Positions 29,233-39,462 are shown, counted from the first letter of the stretch. The stretch is 64,000 bases of DNA from an uncultured Lentimicrobiaceae bacterium (GCA_964592595.1 CAZQFH010000006.1:3919-67918), one strand, 5' to 3'. Notes: generated from the sequence alone by a model not told the origin. Translations and numbers: made by a program.

Positions 29233-29958
29233 TCACATATAACCTTTGATTTTGTACCAGACGATTGCTGTCCATTCGCGCAGCACAGCAATTTCATACT
29301 GAAGAAAACTCCAGATATTATAACGAAGGCTCGGATTAGCGTCCGGGCTTTTTATTTTTTTGTTTCGGTCTGCCTCCGAGAGAAATAAATCCACTGCCGT
29401 GTATGCTTCAGTTGTGCCTCTGGCAGTTACATGCGTAAATCCCTGTTTTTCAAAAGTTTTAATGCTTCGGTAAGTGTGAACCGGTGAAGTGATGAGCATC
29501 AATGATTGATTAGAAGCAATCATTTTACTGATATTAACAGCTTGACTGTAAGTGTTATATCCATGAATTTCAGATTTTATCCTAATGCTGTCGATTCCTC
29601 TTTGTTGCAATTCTTTGATCATGAGGTAATGATCACTTACTTCAAAATTTGAAGAATCTGCCGGAAAGGCAAGGATGATTTTTGCATCAGGAAATTCATG
29701 GGCAGCAACAGCTGTATAATAGCACCTGATCAGGCTTTCAGATCCGGGAAATCCACCTGCACCCATCAAAATAATTATTTCCGGGGCTGATTTATGATCG
29801 CGATCATTAAAATATCCAGTCCAATGATAAGCATGATATGGCCAGCTCGTAAAGCTTAAAACCAGCATAAAAATCGTTATCATTCCAATGATAATGAATA
29901 ATATACGTAAGAAACTGACTAATCTTTTTAAGCGCTGCTTCATATTGCTTAAGTTCAT
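29233..29958 (-). CDS. YdcF/ElyC (DUF218) family protein
   Basis: N-terminal TM followed by a DUF218-like pattern (IIILMGAGGFPGSESLIRCYY ... LMLITSPVHTYRS). Confidence 0.65.
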   Translation of the reverse strand: MNLSNMKQRLKRLVSFLRILFIIIGMITIFMLVLSFTSWPYHAYHWTGYFNDRDHKSAPEIIILMGAGGFPGSESLIRCYYTAVAAHEFPDAKIILAFPADSSNFEVSDHYLMIKELQQRGIDSIRIKSEIHGYNTYSQAVNISKMIASNQSLMLITSPVHTYRSIKTFEKQGFTHVTARGTTEAYTAVDLFLSEADRNKKIKSPDANPSLRYNIWSFLQYEIAVLREWTAIVWYKIKGYM

Positions 29959-30051
29959 GACAAACCTACTTAATTTCCTCGTAACTCGCGCATTTTAGTG
30001 ATATGCTTTCTGAATACGACTTTGATCAGGAATTAGGAAACAACTAATTTC

Positions 30052-30059
30052 TATATTTG
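30052..30059 (+). promoter_or_regulatory. Bacteroidota-type -7 promoter box
   Basis: TATATTTG overlaps the ORF-track TTG start at 30057, which supports ATG 30078. Confidence 0.4.
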
Positions 30060-30077
30060 TCAAAAAACAAATCGATC

Positions 30078-31670
30078 ATGAAAAACACAATTATTTTATT
30101 AATAATCCTTTCTGGATTTGGACTTCATGGGCAAGAACTAAACTTAAAAATTTCCCCTTTTCGGTTCAATGGTGTGTTTGCAATAAAAGATAATCAACAG
30201 CAAACCAATGCTTTTGCAAGTGTTTATGCTAAGAGTAATGGCGTTTGGGAAATGCAATGGATAGCTCCTGATCTTTCTGATAGCAAAACCATTGTTTTAG
30301 ATATACCCAAAAATGCCATCTTTCAAACAATGGTCTCTTCTGGTGGTCAAAGTTTACTTTGTTTTGTCGATAACAGCTTTAAGCCAGCCCTGCACTATCT
30401 CCTAATCGACAGTGATGGTAAGGTGAAAAACACTGTGTCAAAAACAAAAGTTCCTTTACTATCACGAGGAAAAGCTTTCTGGCCGCAGCTTTATGCATTG
30501 GATCAGGGGCATTTTTTAGTCGTGGAGCCGGCAAAAAGTAAAAGTGCTGGTTACAGCCTCGAACGCTTTGATGAACAACTACAAAGCCTTTGGCGAAAAG
30601 AGTTTTATGCTGAAAAAGGTAATGCTGTGGTTTATGAATTGTGGGTTTCGGAAATGGGGATTCTGATTCATCAACTGGCAGAAAAATTCGGTAATGTGCT
30701 GAATAGCCAACTAATCTTTAATGATCTTGAAAATGGTACAAGCTATTATGGAACAGTCCTTTCTGATGATCAATTTACATTTTATCCAACTGCGTTTTAT
30801 CCCGAAAAAGATCGCTCGATAATGATGGTAGGCACTTATTATAAGGGCTCAAAAATTGAAAGCAAGCAAGCGAAGGGACTTTTTTTTGCAAAAGTTGATG
30901 CTGACGGAAGTTTTAGTTCACAACAATTACTGGAATGGAAAGAGCTGAAGCCAATACTAAAAACGCGCGTTTCCGACTGGTTTTTTAAAGTGATGCCAGA
31001 AGTTTGGATGCATCGCTTGGATAAAATGGAAGATGGCTCCTATGTTGCTTTGGCCGAACTATTTAAGTATTCTGGTGAAATCACCCAAAAAAATACTGAA
31101 ACAGGTGAACCTGAAGAACCGTTTCACAAAATCAGGTTGATGGATTTCATGCGTTTCAATTTTAATAACTTAGGTGAAATGACTGATGCGGAAAGAATTG
31201 AAAAACCCCATCAGTTTTTACATATAACAGAAGATATGACAGCCGAAAACGGATCGATTCAGCGGATGGTAAACTCCGGAAACCTCAACCGAAACAAGGC
31301 CCTGAAAGCAAGCGGCGGCTTTACTTATCGCGTTGGATCAGTGGATGCTGAAGGGCAATACACCATTGCTTTTACCTCCTACGAAGGCTTTGTAAATTAT
31401 GTTTACGTGTTACATACTGCCTACGGTAATTATCAAAAATATGCACTTTTAAAGGTAAAACCAGAAATTATTTCACAGCTTGAAATAGTCAGCCGTATTG
31501 CCAACCAATACGATGATCTTTCACTTGAGTTGGACGGTTCTACGATTGAATTTGATGATTCAGAGCAATATTTTAGGGGGGTGCTTCCAACTGATGAAAG
31601 CCGGTTAATGCTTTATGAATACATGCCTTTTAATTCGCGGTTAAATCTGAAATTGATTGCGACAGAATAA
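30078..31670 (+). CDS. hypothetical secreted protein
   Basis: Signal peptide MKNTIILLIILSGFGLHGQ. No motif recognised. Confidence 0.6.
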   Translation: MKNTIILLIILSGFGLHGQELNLKISPFRFNGVFAIKDNQQQTNAFASVYAKSNGVWEMQWIAPDLSDSKTIVLDIPKNAIFQTMVSSGGQSLLCFVDNSFKPALHYLLIDSDGKVKNTVSKTKVPLLSRGKAFWPQLYALDQGHFLVVEPAKSKSAGYSLERFDEQLQSLWRKEFYAEKGNAVVYELWVSEMGILIHQLAEKFGNVLNSQLIFNDLENGTSYYGTVLSDDQFTFYPTAFYPEKDRSIMMVGTYYKGSKIESKQAKGLFFAKVDADGSFSSQQLLEWKELKPILKTRVSDWFFKVMPEVWMHRLDKMEDGSYVALAELFKYSGEITQKNTETGEPEEPFHKIRLMDFMRFNFNNLGEMTDAERIEKPHQFLHITEDMTAENGSIQRMVNSGNLNRNKALKASGGFTYRVGSVDAEGQYTIAFTSYEGFVNYVYVLHTAYGNYQKYALLKVKPEIISQLEIVSRIANQYDDLSLELDGSTIEFDDSEQYFRGVLPTDESRLMLYEYMPFNSRLNLKLIATE

Positions 31671-31678
31671 AGGATTGT

Positions 31679-32506
31679 TTACTTAGTACTCAACTCCGTA
31701 TAACTGGTCATTTTCATAGGCATTTTCTGGCCTTGCTGTTCCATCTCCATTTCGAGTGTTTGCATGGAAGTAGAGCTGATTAACCAACCGGTTTTACCGT
31801 CGATAGTAGCTTTTCCTGTAATTGTGCCGCTTAGTTTTGCCGGTGTGCCGTTCATTTCTGTTCCGGCTACAGTGCCATCAAAACTAATGATTGCTGTTTT
31901 GCCTTTAAATTCATCCAATTTGTATGAAGCAGTAATAGTAAAATCACTCGCTGGATCAGGTTTTGTGACAACTTCCCAGGTGTCGCCAACCGATATTTCA
32001 TGATCTGGAAACACAACAAGCATACCCATTTCAAAACCTGAAACGTTTGTTTCTCCCAGCACTTCCGAACTGTTGTTGGTAATAGGATTACCTAGTGGAT
32101 CGATTGTAGCATTAACTGTTTTTTCAATAGCCTTATTGAGCTGTGCGGCAATTTGCTGTGCCATCATATTACCTTCGGAAGCTTCAGGGTTATCCGAATC
32201 CCATTCCACTTCCATACCCATGGCATTTTGTTTAAAGCGAATACGGTCATAAACGATGGAAAAGTCGATGGAGCCTTCGCTGCTCACGTTTGTAACTTCA
32301 ACTGATTGATTTAAAGTAACATCCTGTTTGATGTTAACGCTTTGACCTGACATTGTCATCGAAATGTTCTGATTGGTCTTTATCTCAATCTCTGATTTCG
32401 TTCCCTTTTCGAGCTTGTAGGTTAAAAGAACAGATTTGGCAGGGGCAAAAGCGAGTCCAATCATTCCAAGAATTACAAGGATAGAAGCTAATTTATTGAT
32501 TTTCAT
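31679..32506 (-). CDS. hypothetical secreted protein
   Basis: Signal peptide (ASILVILGMIGLAFA). T/S/M-rich, beta-rich composition. No motif recognised. Confidence 0.55.
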   Translation of the reverse strand: MKINKLASILVILGMIGLAFAPAKSVLLTYKLEKGTKSEIEIKTNQNISMTMSGQSVNIKQDVTLNQSVEVTNVSSEGSIDFSIVYDRIRFKQNAMGMEVEWDSDNPEASEGNMMAQQIAAQLNKAIEKTVNATIDPLGNPITNNSSEVLGETNVSGFEMGMLVVFPDHEISVGDTWEVVTKPDPASDFTITASYKLDEFKGKTAIISFDGTVAGTEMNGTPAKLSGTITGKATIDGKTGWLISSTSMQTLEMEMEQQGQKMPMKMTSYTELSTK

Positions 32507-32524
32507 AAGTATTAAATATTAAAG

Positions 32525-34051
32525 TTAAAATGGATCTTCATTATCTGGTTCAGGTTCAAAATCATCATTCATTTTAGAGCCAATAGTTTTGGTTGGAGGC
32601 ATTTCAAAACCAGTATTAGGACTCAACTCAGCATGCCGTTCAAAGCTTTCCGGCTCTTCAAATTTTGCAAATTGCCCCACAAATTTCAGGTTCACATCAC
32701 CCAACTTGCCATTACGATGCTTAGCAATATTAATCACAGCCAATCCCTGAACGGAATTGCCTTCGCCATCGTCGTTAATGCCATAATATTCAGGGCGATA
32801 AATAAATATCACCATATCAGCGTCCTGCTCAATAGCTCCAGACTCGCGCAAGTCGGAAAGGATTGGTTTTTTGGAACCCGGACGACTTTCTACGTTACGG
32901 CTGAGCTGCGACAGCGCCAAAACCGGAATGTCAAGTTCTTTGGCCAGACTTTTGAGTGAACGTGATATATTACTGATTTCCTGTTCGCGATTACCCCTGT
33001 TATCTCCTCCGGCAGTCATAAGCTGCAGGTAGTCAATATATACCATTTGTATATCAAACTGCTGCTTCAATCGCCGACATTTGGCTCGCAACTCAAAAAT
33101 TGAAAGCTGCGGGGTGTCGTCGATATACATATGGGCTTTTACAAGTGGATCAATTTTCGTATTCAGCTGCTGCCATTCGTACTCTTGCAAATCACCTTTG
33201 CGAAGTTTTTCGGCAGGCAGATAAGTCTCGCTCGAAATCAAACGTGTAACCAATTGAACAGACGACATCTCAAGTGAAAAAAAAGCGATAGGTTTGTTAA
33301 ACTCGACAGCCGCATTACGCGCCAGATTGAGTGCAAAAGCTGTTTTTCCCATACTCGGACGAGCAGCAAGAATGATAAGATCCGATTTTTGCCAACCCTG
33401 AGTGATACGATCCAGATCGGTATATCCCGATGGAACGCCGCGCAAATTGGCATCACTGTTTTTAGCACTTTCAATATCTTCAATAGCTTTCTTTACCAGT
33501 TCGGGCATTGCACTGAAGCTACGCCTGAGATTACTTTCGCTCACTGCAAAAAGTCCACTTTCGGCTTTGTCAAGCAGGTCAAAAACATCTGTTGTGTCTT
33601 CATAAGCATCTTTGATGATATTCGAAGAAATCAAAATCAACTGGCGCTGGATATACTTTTGAATCAGTATGCGGGCATGAAATTCTATGTTGGCAGCCGA
33701 AACAACCCTGTTGGTTAGCTGTGAAATAAAATACGGACCTCCAACGATTTCGAGTTCGCCCATACTTTTGAGTTCATTGGTAACAGTAAGTATATCAATG
33801 GCTTCTGACTTAGAGAAAAGTTGATGTATCGCTTTAAATATTTTCTGATGAGCGTCTTGATAAAATACTTCAGGATTGAGAATATCGATGATGGCATTCA
33901 CAGCATCCTTTTCGAGCATCATGGCTCCAAGCACCACCTCTTCGAGTTCGACGGCTTGAGGCGGAACCCTTCCATGCTGTAGCAATAACTCCTTGAGTTG
34001 ATCACCTGCAGGTTTGGTATTTTTTGTTGAGCGTTTGGTGTTTTGATTCAT
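32525..34051 (-). CDS. dnaB: replicative DNA helicase DnaB
   Basis: PPQAVELEEVVLGAMM N-terminal domain, Walker A ARPSMGKTAFALN, Walker B MVYIDYLQLM, and ELDIPVLALSQLSR. ATG 34051 is preferred over TTG 34066. Confidence 0.92.
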   Translation of the reverse strand: MNQNTKRSTKNTKPAGDQLKELLLQHGRVPPQAVELEEVVLGAMMLEKDAVNAIIDILNPEVFYQDAHQKIFKAIHQLFSKSEAIDILTVTNELKSMGELEIVGGPYFISQLTNRVVSAANIEFHARILIQKYIQRQLILISSNIIKDAYEDTTDVFDLLDKAESGLFAVSESNLRRSFSAMPELVKKAIEDIESAKNSDANLRGVPSGYTDLDRITQGWQKSDLIILAARPSMGKTAFALNLARNAAVEFNKPIAFFSLEMSSVQLVTRLISSETYLPAEKLRKGDLQEYEWQQLNTKIDPLVKAHMYIDDTPQLSIFELRAKCRRLKQQFDIQMVYIDYLQLMTAGGDNRGNREQEISNISRSLKSLAKELDIPVLALSQLSRNVESRPGSKKPILSDLRESGAIEQDADMVIFIYRPEYYGINDDGEGNSVQGLAVINIAKHRNGKLGDVNLKFVGQFAKFEEPESFERHAELSPNTGFEMPPTKTIGSKMNDDFEPEPDNEDPF

Positions 34052-34153
34052 TGTCCAAAAATACAAATATGATTCTTCTCGCAGGGTAGGTGTTTATAAC
34101 TTTAGCTTTTGCGCTTCGTTTGGGAGTTGCAAAAAAATAAATTTAGTCTTGGG

Positions 34154-35560
34154 TTAAATTTCTGAGGATGAATACAGCTGATTTTGAATTTCTGTCAAAT
34201 TTTTACAATATTGTTCAAGTTGAAAGCTTACTTTTTTTTCATTTTTGATCGGATCAGATAGTAAATCTTTTAGCAACCATGCTTCTTCTTTAAGTGGTTT
34301 TTGATCTGGAAAGATCTGTTTCTGGATTTCTTTTTGATCAGGTTTTTCATTTATCGAGGGAATCATAAAATCAGACTCATGAAGCTTAGCAGCGAAATTT
34401 AGCCATTTGATTTCGGAATGGATCTTATCAGTTTTTTTAAAGAATTCATCAAAAACAATGTCTTCGAAGATCATAAATACGCTTGATGTTTTCCAGAGTT
34501 TATTCAGAAATTGAAAAACACTTTTCCAATCACCTATTGCTGATGCACAGCTCCAATTATAAACTGGCTGAATCGTATTTGAAGGTTGAAAAGCACTAAA
34601 AGCCAAAATAATAGGCTCATAAGGTTTCATTCCTTGCATTTCCGGAACTGCAGCCTGATAAAAAAGAAATTTAATGTAGGTTGGTTTTTCCAGATCAAAG
34701 GCTTCTAAAGTCTTATTCAGCTTAGTTTTATTTACAAACAGTTTGTGCTGATTTAAGGCCGTTAACCGATGAGTCAATTCCGCATTTTGCAATTGTTCCG
34801 GTAGTTGTATGTTGTTATTATACCAATCAAAGCGTTGTTGAAGCGGCTGTGACGAGAGATACAAGACGCTGTTTGAAGGAACGTTTTTCCAGCAATGACC
34901 AATAAAATCGCAGGGATAAGGCTTGTAACAATGTGTTCCGATGGGCACTTCCGGCGATTTTGTGAGTTGCAAGCTTGCTTTGGCTTCCTGAACTTGTGCT
35001 GCGGTTTGCGACAGCGCATTCTCAGCCTGCTGAAGCATACTTTGAGAAATAAAAAGTTCAGCGAGCTTCAGTTCATCTTGCAACACATAATTTTCATTCA
35101 CATAAACCAACTCAAAATCAACAAGTGGTATTTCATTTCCTTTTAGCACATAATACTGTAAATAAGCATCTTGAAGGTAGGTTTCTGATAAACTCCGAGA
35201 GCTTTTAACTTCAATAGCGCGCCATTTTTTGCCTTCGCGAACCAAAATATCCAGCATGATAAGTACATCATCGTACTGAAAAACAGCTTCGTAGATCACG
35301 TTTATTTCCAGGTTTTGAAGTGCAAGCAAAGTTTCATCTCGCTTGATCTGGTATTGCGATGGCGATTTTGGTGTCATATCAAGTCCGCCGGGATAAAGCT
35401 CGCGAGCCAAAACACCGACAGCTGTTCCCCGTCGGAATTTTGCTAATTGAACGGCACTTATTTTGTCTCGTAAAAAAGGACGCTTTTTATGCAGATAAAG
35501 TGCTTTCTGGCATTGTAAACTTTTGATATAGGTAGATTTGGAAAGCAAATGTTTGGCCAT
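34154..35560 (-). CDS. DUF2779-like protein: PD-(D/E)XK (Cas4-like) nuclease with a 4-Cys cluster
   Basis: N-terminus LSKSTYIKSLQCQKALYL. Nuclease core DILV...WRAIEVKSS. Cys triad HCYKPYPCDFIGHCW, which with the N-terminal Cys gives a Cas4/AddB-style Fe-S ligand set. Confidence 0.65.
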   Translation of the reverse strand: MAKHLLSKSTYIKSLQCQKALYLHKKRPFLRDKISAVQLAKFRRGTAVGVLARELYPGGLDMTPKSPSQYQIKRDETLLALQNLEINVIYEAVFQYDDVLIMLDILVREGKKWRAIEVKSSRSLSETYLQDAYLQYYVLKGNEIPLVDFELVYVNENYVLQDELKLAELFISQSMLQQAENALSQTAAQVQEAKASLQLTKSPEVPIGTHCYKPYPCDFIGHCWKNVPSNSVLYLSSQPLQQRFDWYNNNIQLPEQLQNAELTHRLTALNQHKLFVNKTKLNKTLEAFDLEKPTYIKFLFYQAAVPEMQGMKPYEPIILAFSAFQPSNTIQPVYNWSCASAIGDWKSVFQFLNKLWKTSSVFMIFEDIVFDEFFKKTDKIHSEIKWLNFAAKLHESDFMIPSINEKPDQKEIQKQIFPDQKPLKEEAWLLKDLLSDPIKNEKKVSFQLEQYCKNLTEIQNQLYSSSEI

Positions 35561-35571
35561 TGAAGGGGAGT

Positions 35572-36285
35572 TTAGTTGTCAGAAAAAATAATATGTTCTT
35601 CTTTGATCAGGGACTGGTTAAGGTACTTGCGCATCAGTTGTGCAATGGCCAGCACATCTTTTTGACAATATTCGCGGATGCGCTCCAGGTCTTTATCTTG
35701 CCAATAAACTTTGCCAACCATGCTGCCATCAATATCATCTTTTGGTGTAGGAATTTCAAAAACTGCTGTGAGCAAATCAAGTGAGGTGTAATTTTTAAAA
35801 TCACCAAATTTCCAAAGTTCCATTGTATCAAGATGACGAATTTCCCACGGTTTTTTACCCGCCATTTGTAGAATTAAAGGCAGCTCTATGCCATTGATCA
35901 ACATGCGACGTGCGATATACGGAAAGTCGAATTCTTTACCATTGTGAGCACAAAGCATGCTATCGGGATAATTGTAGTACCGATTGAGTAGCTCAGCAAA
36001 TTCTTCGAGAAGGAGCTTTTCGTTATCACCGTAGAATGACTTAAGCCTGAATTCGTTACCGTTTAAAAAGCCAACTGATATAACAATTATTTTACCAAAT
36101 TCAGCATAAATTCCAGCCTTGTCATAGCTACTTTCGGGAGTATCTGATTCGTCTTTTTTAATTTTATTTGCTTTTTTATCCCATAATTTTTGCATGCGTT
36201 CGCTCAAATCATGATAAGCAGGAACGGCAGGAACGGTTTCAATATCCAAAAAAAGCACCTGCGAAAACTGGAGGTTATATAACAT
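35572..36285 (-). CDS. 3'-5' exonuclease, RNase H-like fold (PolB-exonuclease-related, DEDD type)
   Basis: ExoI motif FLDIETV, then CAHNGKEFDFPYI and YCQKDV (ExoIII-like). 237 aa. Confidence 0.7.
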   Translation of the reverse strand: MLYNLQFSQVLFLDIETVPAVPAYHDLSERMQKLWDKKANKIKKDESDTPESSYDKAGIYAEFGKIIVISVGFLNGNEFRLKSFYGDNEKLLLEEFAELLNRYYNYPDSMLCAHNGKEFDFPYIARRMLINGIELPLILQMAGKKPWEIRHLDTMELWKFGDFKNYTSLDLLTAVFEIPTPKDDIDGSMVGKVYWQDKDLERIREYCQKDVLAIAQLMRKYLNQSLIKEEHIIFSDN

Positions 36286-36353
36286 ATTTCAGATTTTTAT
36301 TGTTAAGCAAATTACCTTTTATTATTTTAGCCAAAGTTAAACAGTCTGAAGCA

Positions 36354-37634
36354 GTGAAGCAACTCCCTTATGCAGCTTTTTGGATTTTATTCTTTATCTC
36401 GTTGATTGCCTGCAAAAAAGAATCAAGCAACAGGGTTCCTGTCGTCACTTTTGTTTATCCACAAGGTGAGTGGCCGGCCTATAATCGCGAAGGCGAGAAA
36501 ATTGTTATCCGCATTCAGGATGATCAACATATTCAGCAGGCTCGCATCGGATGGGTAAACGAGAATTTTGTGTCGCTCAACAATCCAACTTGGATTGCCG
36601 TGAATAGTTGCGACACCCTTATAAACTATTGGTTAAATGCAAAAAATATTCCGGCCGGAAAGGCGTATATACAAATCAGGGTGGATGACGGTGAGCATAC
36701 CAAGTTGAAATATCAGCCAGTGAAAGTTAGCGAGCCGATCGAAGCAGGTCAGCAAATAATTTTTGGATATAATAAGGGTCAAAATGGTATGCTGCTGAGC
36801 TTTGATACAGCATCCACTCAGCCAGAAGAATGGCTTACTACCTTATTTCCAATTTATCGCATAGAGGGCCTTGCTGATAAAGATTTGCTGGCCATAATGC
36901 CTGAGAATAAGAATTTTGCAGAAGTATGGTCAGTCAAGAATGCTATCTTACTCTGGAGGCAGGAAGCCTCTCTGCCTGAGCCTGAGTTTAGCGACTGCTA
37001 CCTTGATGAAGAAGGGGTCTTGTTGTCGGATTTGAATGGAGATATGCGTTTGTATCATCTCAGAACAGGGATTACTCAGTTAACTGCCAAACTGGAAGCC
37101 GTGTACCGTATTTCAGCAGTTGCATTTGATCACAACTATCTTTTTGCTGCAGCGCGCGATATACAGACAGATAAAAAATGGCTTTATTTGTTTTTTAGGG
37201 CAAGTGGTACTTTATACAAACGTTTTGAGTTGGATTATTTACCAATCGACATGATTGCCGTGGCTAAAGATCAAAGTGTGGTTTTGTTTTCAGCTGATGC
37301 GCAGGCTACCCAAATATTGTATTTCAACGCGAATACCGAAAGTTTCCAACTTAAAAATACACTCTCTAATTTTGAGTTACAAGGTTCTGTAATCAGGCAA
37401 GATGATTATTATTTCCTGCATAGTAAAACGGAGGTCAAGAGATGGTCCTTCACAACAAATACAACAACTTTGATAGCCAAAGGAAACAATATCAATGGCT
37501 TGGCCACTTCTAATGCCGGAGCATTTGTGTTTTATTTGGATGGAGATTTTCTTGGGATTATTCATCCTGATGCACAATATGTCGTGCATAACATCCATGA
37601 GCCACTCACTTTAATCACAACAATAAGCAATTGA
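36354..37634 (+). CDS. hypothetical lipoprotein
   Basis: The first 186 nt of the ORF-track ORF (36168 onward) are antisense to the exonuclease gene. An in-frame GTG at 36354 gives VKQLPYAAFWILFFISLIAC|KK, a signal peptide with lipobox. Confidence 0.55.
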   Translation: MKQLPYAAFWILFFISLIACKKESSNRVPVVTFVYPQGEWPAYNREGEKIVIRIQDDQHIQQARIGWVNENFVSLNNPTWIAVNSCDTLINYWLNAKNIPAGKAYIQIRVDDGEHTKLKYQPVKVSEPIEAGQQIIFGYNKGQNGMLLSFDTASTQPEEWLTTLFPIYRIEGLADKDLLAIMPENKNFAEVWSVKNAILLWRQEASLPEPEFSDCYLDEEGVLLSDLNGDMRLYHLRTGITQLTAKLEAVYRISAVAFDHNYLFAAARDIQTDKKWLYLFFRASGTLYKRFELDYLPIDMIAVAKDQSVVLFSADAQATQILYFNANTESFQLKNTLSNFELQGSVIRQDDYYFLHSKTEVKRWSFTTNTTTLIAKGNNINGLATSNAGAFVFYLDGDFLGIIHPDAQYVVHNIHEPLTLITTISN

Positions 37635-38329
37635 AAGATCAGCAAAAATTTAAAAAATCATATGAGCTTGTTACTACAGCAGATGGAAGCACAAGCTTGC
37701 GCGATCCGCAAACAGGGGAGACCTTTCACTCCACGTATGGCGCACTCACGGAATCGCAGTTGGTTTTTATTCAAAATGGCTTGGTATATCTGGTTGAAAG
37801 CCATGATATTAATTCCTTAAGTATTCTTGAAATAGGCTTTGGCACGGGGCTAAATGCTTTGCTTAGTTTGTCAGAAGCCAAACAACGAAACATAATAATT
37901 CATTATACCGCAATTGATGCTTTTCCTTTAAGACCTGAACAGGCCGAGAAACTTAATTTCGTTGATAATCAACTATTAAAACCGTATAAAAACGCATTCA
38001 GAGATTTTCATAGTAGTGAAGAATTGGTAAAATCTTTTTGTGATGGTTTGTTTCATTTAAAGAAAATAAAAAGCGATTTGGTTGCCTTAGAGACTGCCAA
38101 TTTGCATTTCGATCTGATATATTTTGATGCCTTTAGTTCCAATGTCCAGCCTGAGCTTTGGACAAAGGAAATATTTCAGAAATTATTCTTTTCACTAAAA
38201 CCTTCAGGTGTTCTGGTAACATACAGCGCTAAAGGAACAGTAAAAACAGCCTTACGCGACAGTGGTTTTGTTATTGAGCGACTTCCGGGCCCTCCGGGGA
38301 AGAGACATGTTATCAGGGCACTGAAATAA
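37631..38329 (+). CDS. tRNA 5-methylaminomethyl-2-thiouridine methyltransferase, MnmC methyltransferase-domain-only type (MnmD-like)
   Basis: SAM motif ILEIGFGTGLNAL and DLIYFDAFSSNVQPELWT, typical of the DUF752/MnmC methyltransferase domain. The TTG start overlaps the upstream stop. Confidence 0.75.
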   Translation: MKDQQKFKKSYELVTTADGSTSLRDPQTGETFHSTYGALTESQLVFIQNGLVYLVESHDINSLSILEIGFGTGLNALLSLSEAKQRNIIIHYTAIDAFPLRPEQAEKLNFVDNQLLKPYKNAFRDFHSSEELVKSFCDGLFHLKKIKSDLVALETANLHFDLIYFDAFSSNVQPELWTKEIFQKLFFSLKPSGVLVTYSAKGTVKTALRDSGFVIERLPGPPGKRHVIRALK

Positions 38330-38540
38330 ACTCAAACGTGATCTGACTTCATTAGCATGCTGATCCAAATGATCACGATGCTCGTGTGTGAGCAAAATTA
38401 AGTCGGCATCAGGTAATTTTTTCATTTTCTCCAAGCTGTGTCCAGGGATCAATGTGGATGACTTTATTCTGAAATGCAATCATGAGACTTGCATGGCCAA
38501 CAATGGTAATTTTAAGTTGTACTCTGCTTGTGGCAAATTA
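38330..38540 (-). pseudogene. remnant of an MBL-fold metal-dependent hydrolase gene (frameshifted and 3'-truncated)
   Basis: One frame reads KITIVGHASLMIAFQNKVIHIDPW. A second frame continues LEKMKKLPDADLILLTHEHRDHLD (HxHxDH). There is no start codon, and homology ends where the MnmC-like gene begins. Confidence 0.7.
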
Positions 38541-38613
38541 CTTTTGGGCAAATGATATTGATAAAAAATAAACAAGTATAAATTTGGAAAGTAAGGTCTT
38601 CATAAGCAGTTTT

Positions 38614-38889
38614 TTACTTGATTTTGAAATCTGAATAATGAAGTGGAGGGATTCCCTGAAATTTCACATCCTGCACCCTTGCCCATGAAGGACCCTGACG
38701 ACACCACATTAAAAATTCATTAAGGTTTTTCTCATTACCCTCCGCTTCTATAAATACACTTCCATCAGTTTTGTTTTTTACAAAACCCACAATTTCGAGT
38801 TCTTTAGCCTTTTTTTGTGTATAGTACCGAAAACCAACGCCTTGCACGCGGCCGAAAACTTGTATTTGCATTGCACTAATATTTTCCAT
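38614..38889 (-). CDS. acylphosphatase
   Basis: 91 aa; GRVQGVGFRYYTQKKAKELEIVGFVKNKTDGSVFIEAEG. Confidence 0.85.
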   Translation of the reverse strand: MENISAMQIQVFGRVQGVGFRYYTQKKAKELEIVGFVKNKTDGSVFIEAEGNEKNLNEFLMWCRQGPSWARVQDVKFQGIPPLHYSDFKIK

Positions 38890-38891
38890 AA

Positions 38892-39461
38892 TCAGGGAGT
38901 AAGTCGTCGCATCACCAATTCATTAATTTTGGTAAAAAGTTGATCGGGTTCTAATGCTCGCCAGTTGAAACCGTCAAATTTGCCACCAAAAGCCAGGTAA
39001 TAATCCAATTTAGCCCTCACAAATTCGTCCACCACATGGTCTCTGAAATTGAGGCAAACAATCCAACCGTCTTCAATATTATCAAACCATTCCTGATAAT
39101 AATCATCGCCATCAGCATGAAAATTTAGGATGTTTTCGCCAATAAGAATAAAATGCTTGATTCCCTGATCCAACATATCTTCAATCGCATTTCTGTAGAA
39201 AAACATGATGTCGTTATACAGCAGATCATTCCATTCGCCAAGCAGTTCTATAACAGCATATTGGTGTTGATAATCGCATTGCAAAACCTTTAGGTATAAA
39301 GTAGCTGAGCCAAACTCATCCCATTGAGGATGAATCAGATAATTGTAAACTGCATGACTAAAATAAATTTCACTATAAGTGCGACCGTGAAAAGGTGATT
39401 TGTTATCGTTGGCAGCAATATAATGATGGCGCCAATGGTAAAAAGGTTCTAATTCGTGCAT
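38892..39461 (-). CDS. hypothetical protein
   Basis: 189 aa, no signal peptide, no recognised motif. Tightly packed between crcB and the acylphosphatase gene. Confidence 0.55.
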   Translation of the reverse strand: MHELEPFYHWRHHYIAANDNKSPFHGRTYSEIYFSHAVYNYLIHPQWDEFGSATLYLKVLQCDYQHQYAVIELLGEWNDLLYNDIMFFYRNAIEDMLDQGIKHFILIGENILNFHADGDDYYQEWFDNIEDGWIVCLNFRDHVVDEFVRAKLDYYLAFGGKFDGFNWRALEPDQLFTKINELVMRRLTP

Positions 39462-39462
39462 T

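Noticed and set aside
36168-36353. Long N-terminal extension of ORF 36168-37634 overlapping the exonuclease gene
   Set aside because: The extension is antisense to a well-supported CDS and has no signal peptide. An in-frame GTG at 36354 yields a clean lipoprotein signal peptide.
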